From Picochlorum sp. SENEW3 (taxonomy: Eukaryota): a stretch of DNA of 64,000 nt. A program made the translations under genes and the position numbers. Under the pieces are notes generated by a model. The model had not been told where the DNA came from and made no database searches. It saw only the letters and a program-made list of their open reading frames with translations. Positions 24,392 to 34,867 of the stretch are shown here, in pieces; position 1 is the first letter of the stretch, and each line of letters begins with the position of its first letter. The DNA is taken from assembly GCA_034226945.1 (NCBI GenBank), contig CP120460.1, forward strand, positions 868,001 to 932,000. Direction: 5' to 3'.

Positions 24392-24747
24392 CTATTTCTT
24401 GCTTCTATTTCCGCGTGGAGCATGAGCTTCCACGAGTCGTTGCAGCCTCTCCTTGCTCTCCTTCTCCTTTTGCGACACTTTTCTTCGCGTCGGAGGTTCT
24501 TCGACTTTTGGAGCCTTCCCCGACTCAATTCTCCTGATCTACAATCATCAGATATTTAAAAGATATAAATGTGCATGAGAAGATCACATGCGACGTTTTG
24601 AACCACTTGGATTGAGCTGCGCACCCTCAAAGATGTTTGAATCTCTGTCTTCCAGTAGCTATCGACAGGTTGAGTATTGGTTTTCGATATAGTATCCATA
24701 GCTTTGTTGCCTTTGTAACCCAAATAGGCACAGCATAGAAGACACAT
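24392..24747 (-). CDS. Small basic hypothetical protein (2 exons; start at 24747 or 24699)
   Basis: Intron 24624-24539 (gtgcgc...ttgtag) joins ...YWKTEIQTSLR to IRRIESGKAPKVEEPPTRRKVSQKEKESKERLQRLVEAHAPRGNRSKK*. Confidence 0.5.
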
Positions 24748-24876
24748 GTCCGTTCAGTTCCGGAAGCAAATTACAAACGCTCCTTTATTGCGTCCAGCCG
24801 ACTGATTCAAAGCATTAGAACTAGCCGAATCAATCCATCATCAATTTTGCAATTCAAATTTTCAGAAATAGTAGAT

Positions 24877-25988
24877 TTATATGGTTCTTGTAGAATTGTA
24901 ATGTTCTCCTAGTCCGAATGCATGCTTCAAATAGCAAATCTGAAGGAATGTGTTTTCCCCATTATACTCCTCGCCGATATCTATTGCTGAAATCCCCACA
25001 GTGTAAACCTTAATGTGAACTTTAAGAGCTATCGATATTGCTTGTATTTCAAGATGTCCCCCCCATGCTGCGGTTTTCTCAACTTCATTGCAGTAAGCCT
25101 CGAACCTGTCACCCTCGCTAGAGCTGACATCATCTTCAGCCAAAAAGTGAATGAAATCATCCTTATGCGAACGAAGTGAATCTGCGCATATTAATCGAAG
25201 CTTTAAGTAGCTCAAGTCGGATGCATCTTGACCAAAAGTTGCTGCAATTGTAGCCCCTCTGTCTGGTAGGCAATGTATTTGATCCTCTGCACAAAAAATG
25301 ATCTACTGAGCCCTCTCGGCGTACGAAAAGTGTCGGGGTCAAAAACAACTGAAAACGTACCTAGAGATTTGTAAAGACAATGCCCGTCAGGAATAATATC
25401 ATGAATCACAAGGCCAGATGAATGCAACAACTCTGTCAACGCAGCCTCCTCCTTCTCTTTCTCTGACTCTCCTCTAGCTTCGTTTTCTGCTGCTATCCGC
25501 TCCTCTCTTTCCTGTTCCTCTTTCATAAATTTTTCTCTACGTTTCTGCGCCTTCGTTTTACGGGGCTCACCCACTTTGCTAGAGTACAGGGATATGGTAA
25601 CCTCTTCCACTGTTGGCTCTGTTTCACGAATCTCAAGATTCTTCAACTCTGCAGCATGCCTATCCTCCATTTCTGATATCAACTTTGCTCCTTCCTCCTT
25701 CCCTTTCTTTCCCATTCTCTTGACTTTATCTTTTAGCGCTTTCGCTTCCCTCTTATGACGCTGAGTCATCTGCCCTTTCGTTTCCTGCTTAGGGACTTCC
25801 TCGGCGCCGTGGAGGGATTCCTGTGCATCACTTTTCCGAATTTCGTCTCCTTCGTCCATGATTTTGTCTTCCGTTGACATCTTTTCCTTCTCGAGTACAT
25901 CGCTCTCCTGCTCGTCTTGGGTGCCGCTAGCAGGGGCTCGCATGGCTGCTTTCATGAAGGCCGATCTGCCTCCTCCTTTTCGACCCAT
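24877..25988 (-). CDS. OTU-domain deubiquitinase (OTUD6B/Otu2-like)
   Basis: Charged N-terminus (QRHKREAKALK, KTKAQKRREK), catalytic IPDGHCLY, AAWGGHLEIQAIS and GLGEHYNS. One intron about 25360-25287. Confidence 0.92.
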
Positions 25989-26206
25989 CCTATCGATTTT
26001 GATGATTCTTTTTCAACTGATGTTAATACAGGATATTCTTGATAGTATGTTGCATGAAAACGTGCAAGGTCTCAGATCTAGCAGCTGCTAGATCTTCATG
26101 AAGATCTTTGATCAAGATTGCTTCCGAAGCAAAGCTTTTGGTGATAATGTATTTGGAAATTTCTTCACTTGGCAAATTAATCACTATATAATCTTTGAGA
26201 ACCATC

Positions 26207-26964
26207 ATGGGAGACGAATTGGCAGACTTCTACGCCGAAATAGCCACTGTAGAAAAAGAAGTTTCACAGGTATGTAGACGCGTGACGCGGCGTTTTGCTC
26301 CATGGTGCATGACATTTCCGTTATTAAATCAATGCAGTCACATAGAGATGGTGGTAGTGATGCTGATGTTGCTGCTCGACAAAGTTCGCAAAGACTGAGT
26401 TCTGGAAAAGCAAGTGTCCAAGCGTCTGTGAAGCGGTCTGCGGTCATTTCGAATGCACCATCAGTATCAAGAGTCCCAGAAGAAGTGTATAATGAAGACG
26501 TAAGGAGTATCAGTCAGCCAAATCGAGCCAAGGCACCACCAACAGCAACACCAGGCCAGGCCAACGTTGGAGTTATAAGGCAAGCAGCTGGACGGCGCTG
26601 GGTCGATCCGAAGCTTCTAGAGTGGCCTGAGAATGATTTTCGAATATTTGTAGGGAATTTAGGCCCAGAAGTGACTGATTCTATGCTGACGAGTGCCTTT
26701 AATAGATACGAATCATTCAATATGGCCAAAGTAATGCGACAGACTCATACAAATAAAAGCAAAGGGTTCGGCTTTGTTTCGTTAGGTAGTATAAAAGAAG
26801 GCGCACAGGCTCTCAGGGAGATGCAAGGCCAATACATAGGCAATAGACCATGTCAGGTAAAGAAAGCTGCGACAGAGGACAGAACGGTGAAGGATAAATT
26901 TGGTAGGCCTGTCAAGAAGCGGCTGTCAACAAAGCATGGGAGCATGAAGAGGGCAAAATTTTGA
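26207..26964 (+). CDS. RBM42: RRM protein RBM42-like
   Basis: IRQAAGRRWVDPKLLEWPENDFRIFVGNLG, KSKGFGFVS and ALREMQGQYIGNRP. First exon MGDELADFYAEI, intron about 26270-26337. Confidence 0.88.
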
Positions 26965-27192
26965 ATCTATATGTATGGTGAAATGCTATAACGTGTTCTG
27001 AAGACCGAGATTTGATGTTGTAAAAAGGATGTCATCAGTCTCCCCATCGTCTGAAATTTCTCCCTGCCTCAGAGTGATGCCATGTTGCGGCGAGTTTGCA
27101 TGTGCAAGCCTATACATTTCAGCCAAAGGTCGCAAAAGTGGTCACAAATAACTTTTTTATCTGCAAACATATCTTTGAAAGGTTAGCGTATC

Positions 27193-28452
27193 ATGGTTTC
27201 CTCCGCCACGAGCTTGAGGCGAGCACCAGCGCCCTATGGACGTTCGAAAGGGATGATGGCATCGAGTCGATCTAAATCACATAGGGTATGTTTGTGATTA
27301 CGATGAAATACATCACAGCGCGATGCTTTGTCGTTCGATGATGTATATTTGAAGCCCTATACCTTGCCCTTGCAGATGGACAGACGGCAGATTGCAGTAC
27401 ATGCAGCAGGTGAAAAACAAAACATTGCTGTCTTGGGTGCCTCAGGATATACTGGAGCTGAGGTTATGAGGCTCCTATCGTTGCACCCAGACTTCAAAGT
27501 AACAGCACTGACAGGAGAGAGCAAGGCTGGGCAGAAGTTCTCTAGTGTATTCCCACACCTGGCCTCTGCAACGGATGATCAAACCCTCGTAAAAATTGCT
27601 GATGTCGATTGGAGCTCTATCGATGCAGCATTTTGTTGCTTGCCTCATGCGACAACGCAGGAAGTTCTGGCATCATTACCCATGAATGTTAGAGTGGTTG
27701 ATCTCTCAGCAGACTTCAGGTTGAAAGATGTGAACACCTATGCTGAATGGTATGGAGGGGAGCACAAAGCACCAGAACTTCAGAAGGAGGTTGCTTATGG
27801 CCTGACAGAACTTGCGCGTGAGGAAGTAAAGAAGGCAAGGGTTGTGGCAAACCCAGGGTGCTATCCAACGTGTGTACAGTTGGGGCTGGTTCCTTTGGTG
27901 GAAAAGGGGCTCATCGCGACCGAAGATATTATAATTGACGCAAAGTCTGGAATTAGTGGCGCTGGGAGGAGTGCTAAGCAGAATTTGCTATATTGTGAAG
28001 CAGCTGAGGGAGTGAATGCATATGGCGTCGGAAAGCACCGACACATGCCAGAGATTGAGCAGGGACTTTCAATGGCTTCAGGAAAAGATGTCAAGATCAG
28101 TTTTACACCACACTTGATGCCTATGAGTAGAGGCATGGAAACTGCCTCCTATGTGAGAATGTCTGAAGGAACAGGCGTGGAAGAGCTCCGCACTGCTTTG
28201 GAGGAACGATATAGATCGGAACCATTTGTTCACGTGCTGAAGCCAGGTGTCGCTCCGTATACGCATCATGTTAGGGGAACAAACTTCTGTCATATCAATG
28301 TTTTTGAAGATAGAATATCTGGCCGTGCTATTGTGCTATCTGTGATTGATAATTTGGTAAAGGGAGCATCAGGGCAAGCCATTCAAAACATGAATTTGTT
28401 ATTTGGAGTGCCAGAGACAACTGGAATTTTACAACAAGCTTTGTATCCATAA
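27193..28452 (+). CDS. argC: N-acetyl-gamma-glutamyl-phosphate reductase, probably plastid-targeted
   Basis: LGASGYTGAE, DLSADFRL, VANPGCYPT, DAKSGISGAGR and DNLVKGASGQAIQN. Transit-peptide-like first exon from 27193. Confidence 0.95.
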
Positions 28453-28498
28453 TATCACTCAAAAAGATTTAATAATAATGAAAGAACAAGGTAAAACT

Positions 28499-29746
28499 TC
28501 AAAAATATTTGCTGAGCAATCTAACTAAATGAGCCTTGAAGGATTTGAGACCTTCCAAGTAATTTTCATCCCTTCCCATTTGTTCTTCATTCTTGGTGCT
28601 GAATGCATGGGCAAAATCAACCATCCGAAGCGAAATATTAGCTTCCGATGATGATTTTGCATCTCCTTCGTATAAGATGAGGATAGATGAAGAATAAAAG
28701 CAAAACTCTGTTTGATAAGCAAACCACTCCTCCAACAGTGACATTTGGTGTATTACACCGCCAGGGCCTCCATATACATCCATGGGCTTTAAACCATTTT
28801 CATTGTGCACAAAAGATTCCAAAGCACGATCTATTGTCGATTTTGATAATGTCTTGCACCATCGTTTACTTGCCCTCCAATATCCTCCTACACTATGACG
28901 ATACACCTGCATTCCACAGATTTTGAATCCCAAGTCAAGTTGCGTTGTGTTTGCATCTTTCTTCTTGCATCGTTCTATATATGATTCGTCTGCATCTGGA
29001 TACCACGTGCGATGCCCAATCTTAATGTCAATGATACAAGGATGACTGTACATGCGTGCCAGGTCTTCAAGTTCCAATAATGTACGATTTTCTAGTGAGC
29101 AAACTTTATAAAATTTCGGTATTGCCTTCAACAAAGGAGCATGCCTGATCAGGAAAGGCAGGGACTTTATTTTCTCAGGGATGCTGTCTAAGTCTATTCG
29201 ATCAGCGAAGTCAACAGGTGGCTCACCACACTCCTGAGAGACTTCAGTAGCATCGTCATTTTCGTTATCTCCCCATATAATCTCTTCGTCTCCTATTTTC
29301 GTCCATTCTACCATACCTGATTCATCTTTCTGCAGCACATTTATCTTTTTCGGTTCTCCTTTGTACAATATGGATTCTTGCCTGGAGAAAGTAGGACACC
29401 TGTGACTCATAAGGCTGGAAAATCGCCGATCACTTATAGTTTGTTCCTGCGTTACGACAAGTAATGATTTGATCGCTTCAGAATATGAGCCGCCGTGCAA
29501 GATTGATGTAAATGCTTCAATATATCCCCTGTTCCATGATCCATTTCGATACTCTTTCAGGCCTTCCTCTTTGCTCAGATGTAAGCGTTCATAAAACTCT
29601 TTTTCTCTATCACCCCTGGGACCTGGCTGTATAGGTTTATAAAAATGTCCTCGATTGTCGACGAGGCACCCAGCTTTCCCTTCTTCAAAAAGGTGCCCAG
29701 CTACCTGATGCTCACAAGGTTTCAAATCAAACCCGCTCATATTCAT
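28499..29746 (-). CDS. IPK2: Inositol polyphosphate multikinase
   Basis: HQVAGH, PCIIDIKIGHRTW (PxxxDxKxG), SSILILYE and MVDFAH. Confidence 0.92.
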   Translation of the reverse strand: MNMSGFDLKPCEHQVAGHLFEEGKAGCLVDNRGHFYKPIQPGPRGDREKEFYERLHLSKEEGLKEYRNGSWNRGYIEAFTSILHGGSYSEAIKSLLVVTQEQTISDRRFSSLMSHRCPTFSRQESILYKGEPKKINVLQKDESGMVEWTKIGDEEIIWGDNENDDATEVSQECGEPPVDFADRIDLDSIPEKIKSLPFLIRHAPLLKAIPKFYKVCSLENRTLLELEDLARMYSHPCIIDIKIGHRTWYPDADESYIERCKKKDANTTQLDLGFKICGMQVYRHSVGGYWRASKRWCKTLSKSTIDRALESFVHNENGLKPMDVYGGPGGVIHQMSLLEEWFAYQTEFCFYSSSILILYEGDAKSSSEANISLRMVDFAHAFSTKNEEQMGRDENYLEGLKSFKAHLVRLLSKYF

Positions 29747-30351
29747 GGAGCGTGGATACATCTCATCAAACCCTTAGAGTTCTATTAGTAATCCGAATAG
29801 CTTCCATTGTTTCTCCGTTGAATTTTTTCAACCGTTACCAGGACATACCCCGCTTGCCTCTTGCCAAGAGCGATAAAAACCAGCCCATCCTGTTGTTTTC
29901 TGGTTGCTATTACATTTTATTTTACAGAATTCACTTGTAAAAGTTGCAGATATTTGCATTCTCCCACAAGCCTGTCCCATAAAGATTCGAATCTTTGCCT
30001 CTGCAAGAGATGTTGATCAACATGAGGACCGATCGGTCGGCATTGGTCACCTGCCGACGGGCGTGTATCGACATCCATGTAGGCACCCGTCGCCCTTTGC
30101 CTATCATCGCGTGATGATGACAGGGGAGGCGTTGAAATGCAAAAAATAATCGAGGTTTTGTTGTGTTTTTGTCTACCAACAAGTAGAACACATGTAATAT
30201 CAGTTTATTTAACTAGCTGTAGAATTGTAAGTCCCAGTGCGTAGGCAAACTGGTGACTTTTCTGTTTTTAAGGACGTCCTTGTCGACAAGAGCAAGGCAA
30301 CGTATGGTGAGAGGGATAGATTTGATTAGATTTTGAAATATATTTAAATAT

Positions 30352-31647
30352 ATGAGTGTGAATGGAGGATCGATGGAATCAGGGCCACCTCTCGCAGGGG
30401 TCGTCATCGAAGAAGCGGGAGCTCCAAATTCAGTAACAGTTGCTTCGGAGCCTGGCACGTTCAACGTGAACCAGGGTGATGCGATTCATGCAGATCAAGG
30501 GTGTCGGAGGCATATGAATGGGGAAGAGAATATGCTGACGACGTACTGTAGTCGAGAGAGGATGCACCTTGAAAGAGAGCGAACGGGTGAAGTCACTGCA
30601 TCTTATGTGACCAATGACGGGCAGCCACAGAGTAGCAAAACTTTGATAGGGTTGAAGAATATTTTCTCAAAGTGTTTGCCAAATATGCCAAAAACGTATA
30701 TTTCCAGACTGGTGTTTGATAGGAGGCATAGGTCTGTTGTGATTCAGAGGAAGAATGGCAAGGTTTTAGCAGGTATTACATACCGACCTTTCCATGAGAA
30801 GAAGTTTGCAGAGATTGCATTTTGTGCTGTTGCTCAGACTCTTCAAGTTTCCGGTTTTGGAACCCGGTTGATGAATTGGACAAAGTATTATGCAAGGGAA
30901 AATGATGCCATGGAATACTTCCTAACGTACGCAGACAATGCTGCTGTTGGATATTTTGCCAAGCAAGGTTTTACCAAATTCCAAAGTATGCCAAAAGAAA
31001 GATGGTATGGCTACATTAAGGACTATGATGGTGGGACTTTGATGGAATGTTATATTCATCCCACTCTACCATACAATAATATTCCTGACATGATTGAGAC
31101 TCAAAAGTCGTACTTGGAGGAGGACGTTCAGGAAATGAGCAAAGCTAGTGTTGTATATCCAGGCTTAAACTATTGGAATTCCGATAATGGCAATGTTCGA
31201 GTGGAGCTGAAGGATATTCCAGGGGTGATTGAGGCTGGATGGACACCAGAATCACATGCTGCATCACATCCAACTTTTCAAATTAGAATGGATGGAAAGA
31301 TAATGGAATCCACTATTGAGAATATGAAAGCACTTCAACTCAGACTTTTAGATATTATCGCAAAAGAGCAAATATCTTGGCCATTTCTTGAGCCAGTCAA
31401 TGTGGCAGAGGTGCCCAACTACCTGGACCTGGTCAAAGATCCTATAGATATCAGCACGATTCGAAAAGCCGTTGAGGCTGGGAATAAATACATCACAATG
31501 GATATTTTTGCTGCAGATGTCGCGCGGATATTCAAAAATGCAAAGATCTTCAATGGCCAGGAATCGATGTACTACAAATATGCTCACAAGTTATCTGGCA
31601 TATTTAACCAGGCATTAAGTGACAGCCTCGTGTACAACATGCACTGA
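30352..31647 (+). CDS. GCN5: Histone acetyltransferase GCN5 (GNAT plus bromodomain)
   Basis: LKNIFSKCLPNMPKTYISRLVFD, EIAFCAV, FLTYADNAAVGYFAKQGF, IKDYDGGTLMEC; bromodomain WPFLEPVN...YLDLVKDPIDI. Confidence 0.96.
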   Translation: MSVNGGSMESGPPLAGVVIEEAGAPNSVTVASEPGTFNVNQGDAIHADQGCRRHMNGEENMLTTYCSRERMHLERERTGEVTASYVTNDGQPQSSKTLIGLKNIFSKCLPNMPKTYISRLVFDRRHRSVVIQRKNGKVLAGITYRPFHEKKFAEIAFCAVAQTLQVSGFGTRLMNWTKYYARENDAMEYFLTYADNAAVGYFAKQGFTKFQSMPKERWYGYIKDYDGGTLMECYIHPTLPYNNIPDMIETQKSYLEEDVQEMSKASVVYPGLNYWNSDNGNVRVELKDIPGVIEAGWTPESHAASHPTFQIRMDGKIMESTIENMKALQLRLLDIIAKEQISWPFLEPVNVAEVPNYLDLVKDPIDISTIRKAVEAGNKYITMDIFAADVARIFKNAKIFNGQESMYYKYAHKLSGIFNQALSDSLVYNMH

Positions 31648-31729
31648 AATCTACTTTTTTAATTGCTATTGTGGTACAAATGAATATCTTACAGGTCGAA
31701 AAATATGTAATAGAAATTGACACTCATAC

Positions 31730-33091
31730 CTACTCGGAATTCTGCTCTGCCATCTGTTCTGTTGACTTCTTCTTTTGCTTAGATCTTGGTTTCTCATAAG
31801 GATTAATATATGCGTTGATTCCTTGAGGGGGTGGAGGAGGAGGAGGCGGTGGCTGTTGCATCTGAGGCATCATTCCCTGTGCCATCTGCATTCCCATTGT
31901 GACCGGAACACCTATAGTTCCTGGGGGATACAGTACCATGTGGGAATGAGGAAACTGCATTCCTGCGTACTGCTGAACAGTCATGGGATAAGGAGATACT
32001 TGCCTGACCCCTTGCCTCGGTGTACTTTGATTGTTTCCCTTTTGCCGCCTTCCATTTCCAGACGCATGCCTGATGATTGTTGGACGCTTCGGCTCCAGAG
32101 ATATCCTCGCTCCTTGGAAAACTAGTCCACTGTTGAGACATGCCTGGGCACTTTCGATTGAAAGAAAATCTACGAAAGCATATGACCCTTTACCCTTGGC
32201 TGACTTCACAGACAGCGAGTTGGGCTTCAGAGGTCCAAAAGCCTCCAGGGCTCTCTGTAACTCATCTGCACTAACTCCAGCAGGTATGTCTCTCAAAAAG
32301 ATTCCTTTTGTTGTAGTAGATAAATATGAGGATGGTTTTCGGGAGTTTGACACATCCAATTTCGAAAGCGTCTCCTCAACAGCAGAAACTTGGTCTCCCT
32401 CCTGCTTCTCTGCATTCTTCTCTCTAAATAGAACAGTTTCTGTGGGCTTCTGAGCCTCTTTTACAAGAGCTCCATTTTCTCCAGAACCTACCTGAAACGA
32501 CACAGTATTGTCTACCCCTGATTCAGAATCTCTCCCAGGAGAAACTTGATCTGGGGGCGTTGTGATACCTGGAGGACTACTAGAGTCACTCTTAGATTTG
32601 ACAGCATGCTCTGATGCGTACGTGTCTGAGAATTGCTTTGTCTCTGACAATTCATCACTTGGAAGCAGGTAGCGGAAAATATCATTCAGGACATAAAATC
32701 CTTTCTCTTGCACGGCTAGGAAAAATGTCTGGACAAACGAGCGCTTGATTCCTCCAGACTCTTGAAGGGCTCCGGTCACTTGCACCATGACTCCTCCATC
32801 AAGAGAATACTGGGAATCCACAGAGAATATGTCAGTCGTGATATCCTTCTCGTGAAGACTTGTCAAGGTATCATCAATCATTTTCTGCCCAGATGCATGT
32901 TTCATCCTTTGCATCACACTTCCACCCTCCAAAACTATATCCACATGGGTCATGCTCGAATTCTCTGAATAAAATCGATACAAATGTTTCGGAGACGAGT
33001 GAAGCACTGTATAGTACTGAGAGACAAATTGATTCCCCACTGTCTGTGCTGGTGTTGGAGTTTCACTGGCATTTTCCAGATGACCAGTCAT
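31730..33091 (-). CDS. NTF2-domain and RRM protein (G3BP-like)
   Basis: VGNQFVSQYYTVLHSSP, FVQTFFLAVQEKGFYVLNDIFRY, RRM YAFVDF and a Pro/Gln-rich tail. Confidence 0.92.
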   Translation of the reverse strand: MTGHLENASETPTPAQTVGNQFVSQYYTVLHSSPKHLYRFYSENSSMTHVDIVLEGGSVMQRMKHASGQKMIDDTLTSLHEKDITTDIFSVDSQYSLDGGVMVQVTGALQESGGIKRSFVQTFFLAVQEKGFYVLNDIFRYLLPSDELSETKQFSDTYASEHAVKSKSDSSSPPGITTPPDQVSPGRDSESGVDNTVSFQVGSGENGALVKEAQKPTETVLFREKNAEKQEGDQVSAVEETLSKLDVSNSRKPSSYLSTTTKGIFLRDIPAGVSADELQRALEAFGPLKPNSLSVKSAKGKGSYAFVDFLSIESAQACLNSGLVFQGARISLEPKRPTIIRHASGNGRRQKGNNQSTPRQGVRQVSPYPMTVQQYAGMQFPHSHMVLYPPGTIGVPVTMGMQMAQGMMPQMQQPPPPPPPPPQGINAYINPYEKPRSKQKKKSTEQMAEQNSE

Positions 33092-34128
33092 GGTTCCTTT
33101 GTCAGAATTCGATGGAACACAATAGTTGGAAATCACCTGAACATTCAAAAACACGTTCTATGTCATCAGAGTCCATCCCATGACTTAAATATCAGAAGTT
33201 TGTTCTATTGAGCAGATGAAAGAAGTGGCCCAGGTGTCAGTTCATGGTCGCCGACAAATGACGCTCCGCCCCATCAGCGACTGAGAAAACACAACCAGTA
33301 CCAATCACTATAAGCACTCAATCCTCTAATAGGGGCATACGTTTGACATTCTGTCCTGACACGAGCCAGTCGCACAGGGTTACAGAGCGAACGCCATCCT
33401 TCATGCTACCCACCATACACACGCCAAGAACAATATATTGTTCATTATAATGCAAACATACCTCGCAATGCCAACACTGCACACACGACACAGAACACGG
33501 CTCTGATCCGAGTTGTCCAGTGATTGAAAGTCAAATTATTCGTGCGCGGCGATCCTCCTTTGAGACAGGTTCCAAGCAAAGAGATATTGGATCATGTATA
33601 AATAAATATTGCGTTCCCTTGTGTGTAAGGGGTCCATGATGTGAGTGAGGCTTTGATGCGATGGTTTCGACCGTACGACTGTCCGATTCCCCTCATGACT
33701 CGGCATCTAAATACAGAGCTCGTGCTAGCAGTGGCCGTATCATTACTCACAAACTACGTGCACACCCCAGCAGATATCCATCTGCAGAGATGGGAAGATA
33801 TCTGTGTCATGAGGAGATCCGATACGTGCATTTCATCCTCAAAGCATGTGGCAGTGTTCATAGCACAGGCCTTCTTCTTGTCTAACTGGATGGCATGACC
33901 ATCGACATGGATGCTGATACCCAGACTCGTTAATTAAAATTAGGTAGCAGGGGAGAAATAGATGAAACAATATCACACTGTCCCACGTATTGCGAATATA
34001 TTGTAAATCAATGTCACTGGGTGGCAAGGTCTATTGCGCGGGATACATGCATGGTCGCGTGCAGATTCTCTTGAACCAGTGAAAATCTGTATGATTGCAA
34101 TGATAGTAGATGTAAAAGATTGAAATCC

Positions 34129-34862
34129 ATGTTTAAACGTAAAGATTGGGTCCTTTTGCGTCGAGGACAGGGAGTTGAAGGAGACGCAAACTCCACATCC
34201 AGCAGTAGCGACCAGAGTCAGGAATCTGATGCTGTGTCATCTTCCTCAGAGAGTTTAGATGTATCTACTGGAAGTAGTGAAAGGGAGGAAGAAGGACAGC
34301 ATGTGAGGCTTGAGCAAAGTAGTAGGTTGGGTTCTCTTTCTGGAGAGGAGAGTGACAGCTTAGATAGTGATGGCGCTGATGTAAGAGCACAAGTACGGTG
34401 CGTTTTATATTGCATTGTGGAATATAATGAGATGCGGGAAATATCTGGAAGTTTGCGTACAGGGAGTGGTATGAGGCAGGCATGGCACACAAGATGGTTC
34501 GAGGGAAAGCTCTGAGATGCATGATGTGTACAGGAAAGAGGAGGCTTTTGCTCAACAGTACCGCATTGCTTCAACACATCCATTCTAAAGTCCACCAGAA
34601 GCGCTGTGGTGTGGAAGGGATCGATGATGTAGAGAATCATGTGGAATGCTTTGTATTTGCTGACACAAGCTCAAAGAATGATGAAGCAGAAGACGAAGTA
34701 GAGACCCACGGTGAACGGTTACAGAGAATCCAGTCCTTGGTTGATACAATGGAGAAGAAAAAAGGACGTGAGAAACCAAGAGGCAAAAAGCGCAAGTCCA
34801 GGCCCGGTAAGCGACAGAGAATGCAAAAGAAAGGTCAAAAGGCCGATTCTGAGGCAGGCTGA
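34129..34862 (+). CDS. C2H2 (U1/matrin-like) zinc finger protein with Ser/acidic N-terminus and basic C-terminus
   Basis: Intron 34398-34462 joins exon 1 to ...CMMCTGKRRLLLNSTALLQHIHSKVHQKR..., followed by a Lys/Arg-rich tail (RPGKRQR). Confidence 0.7.
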
Positions 34863-34867
34863 GACAT

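Noticed and set aside
30111..30220. GTGATGA C-box-like motif between IPK2 and GCN5 as a snoRNA
   Set aside because: No CTGA D box at a suitable distance and no terminal stem.
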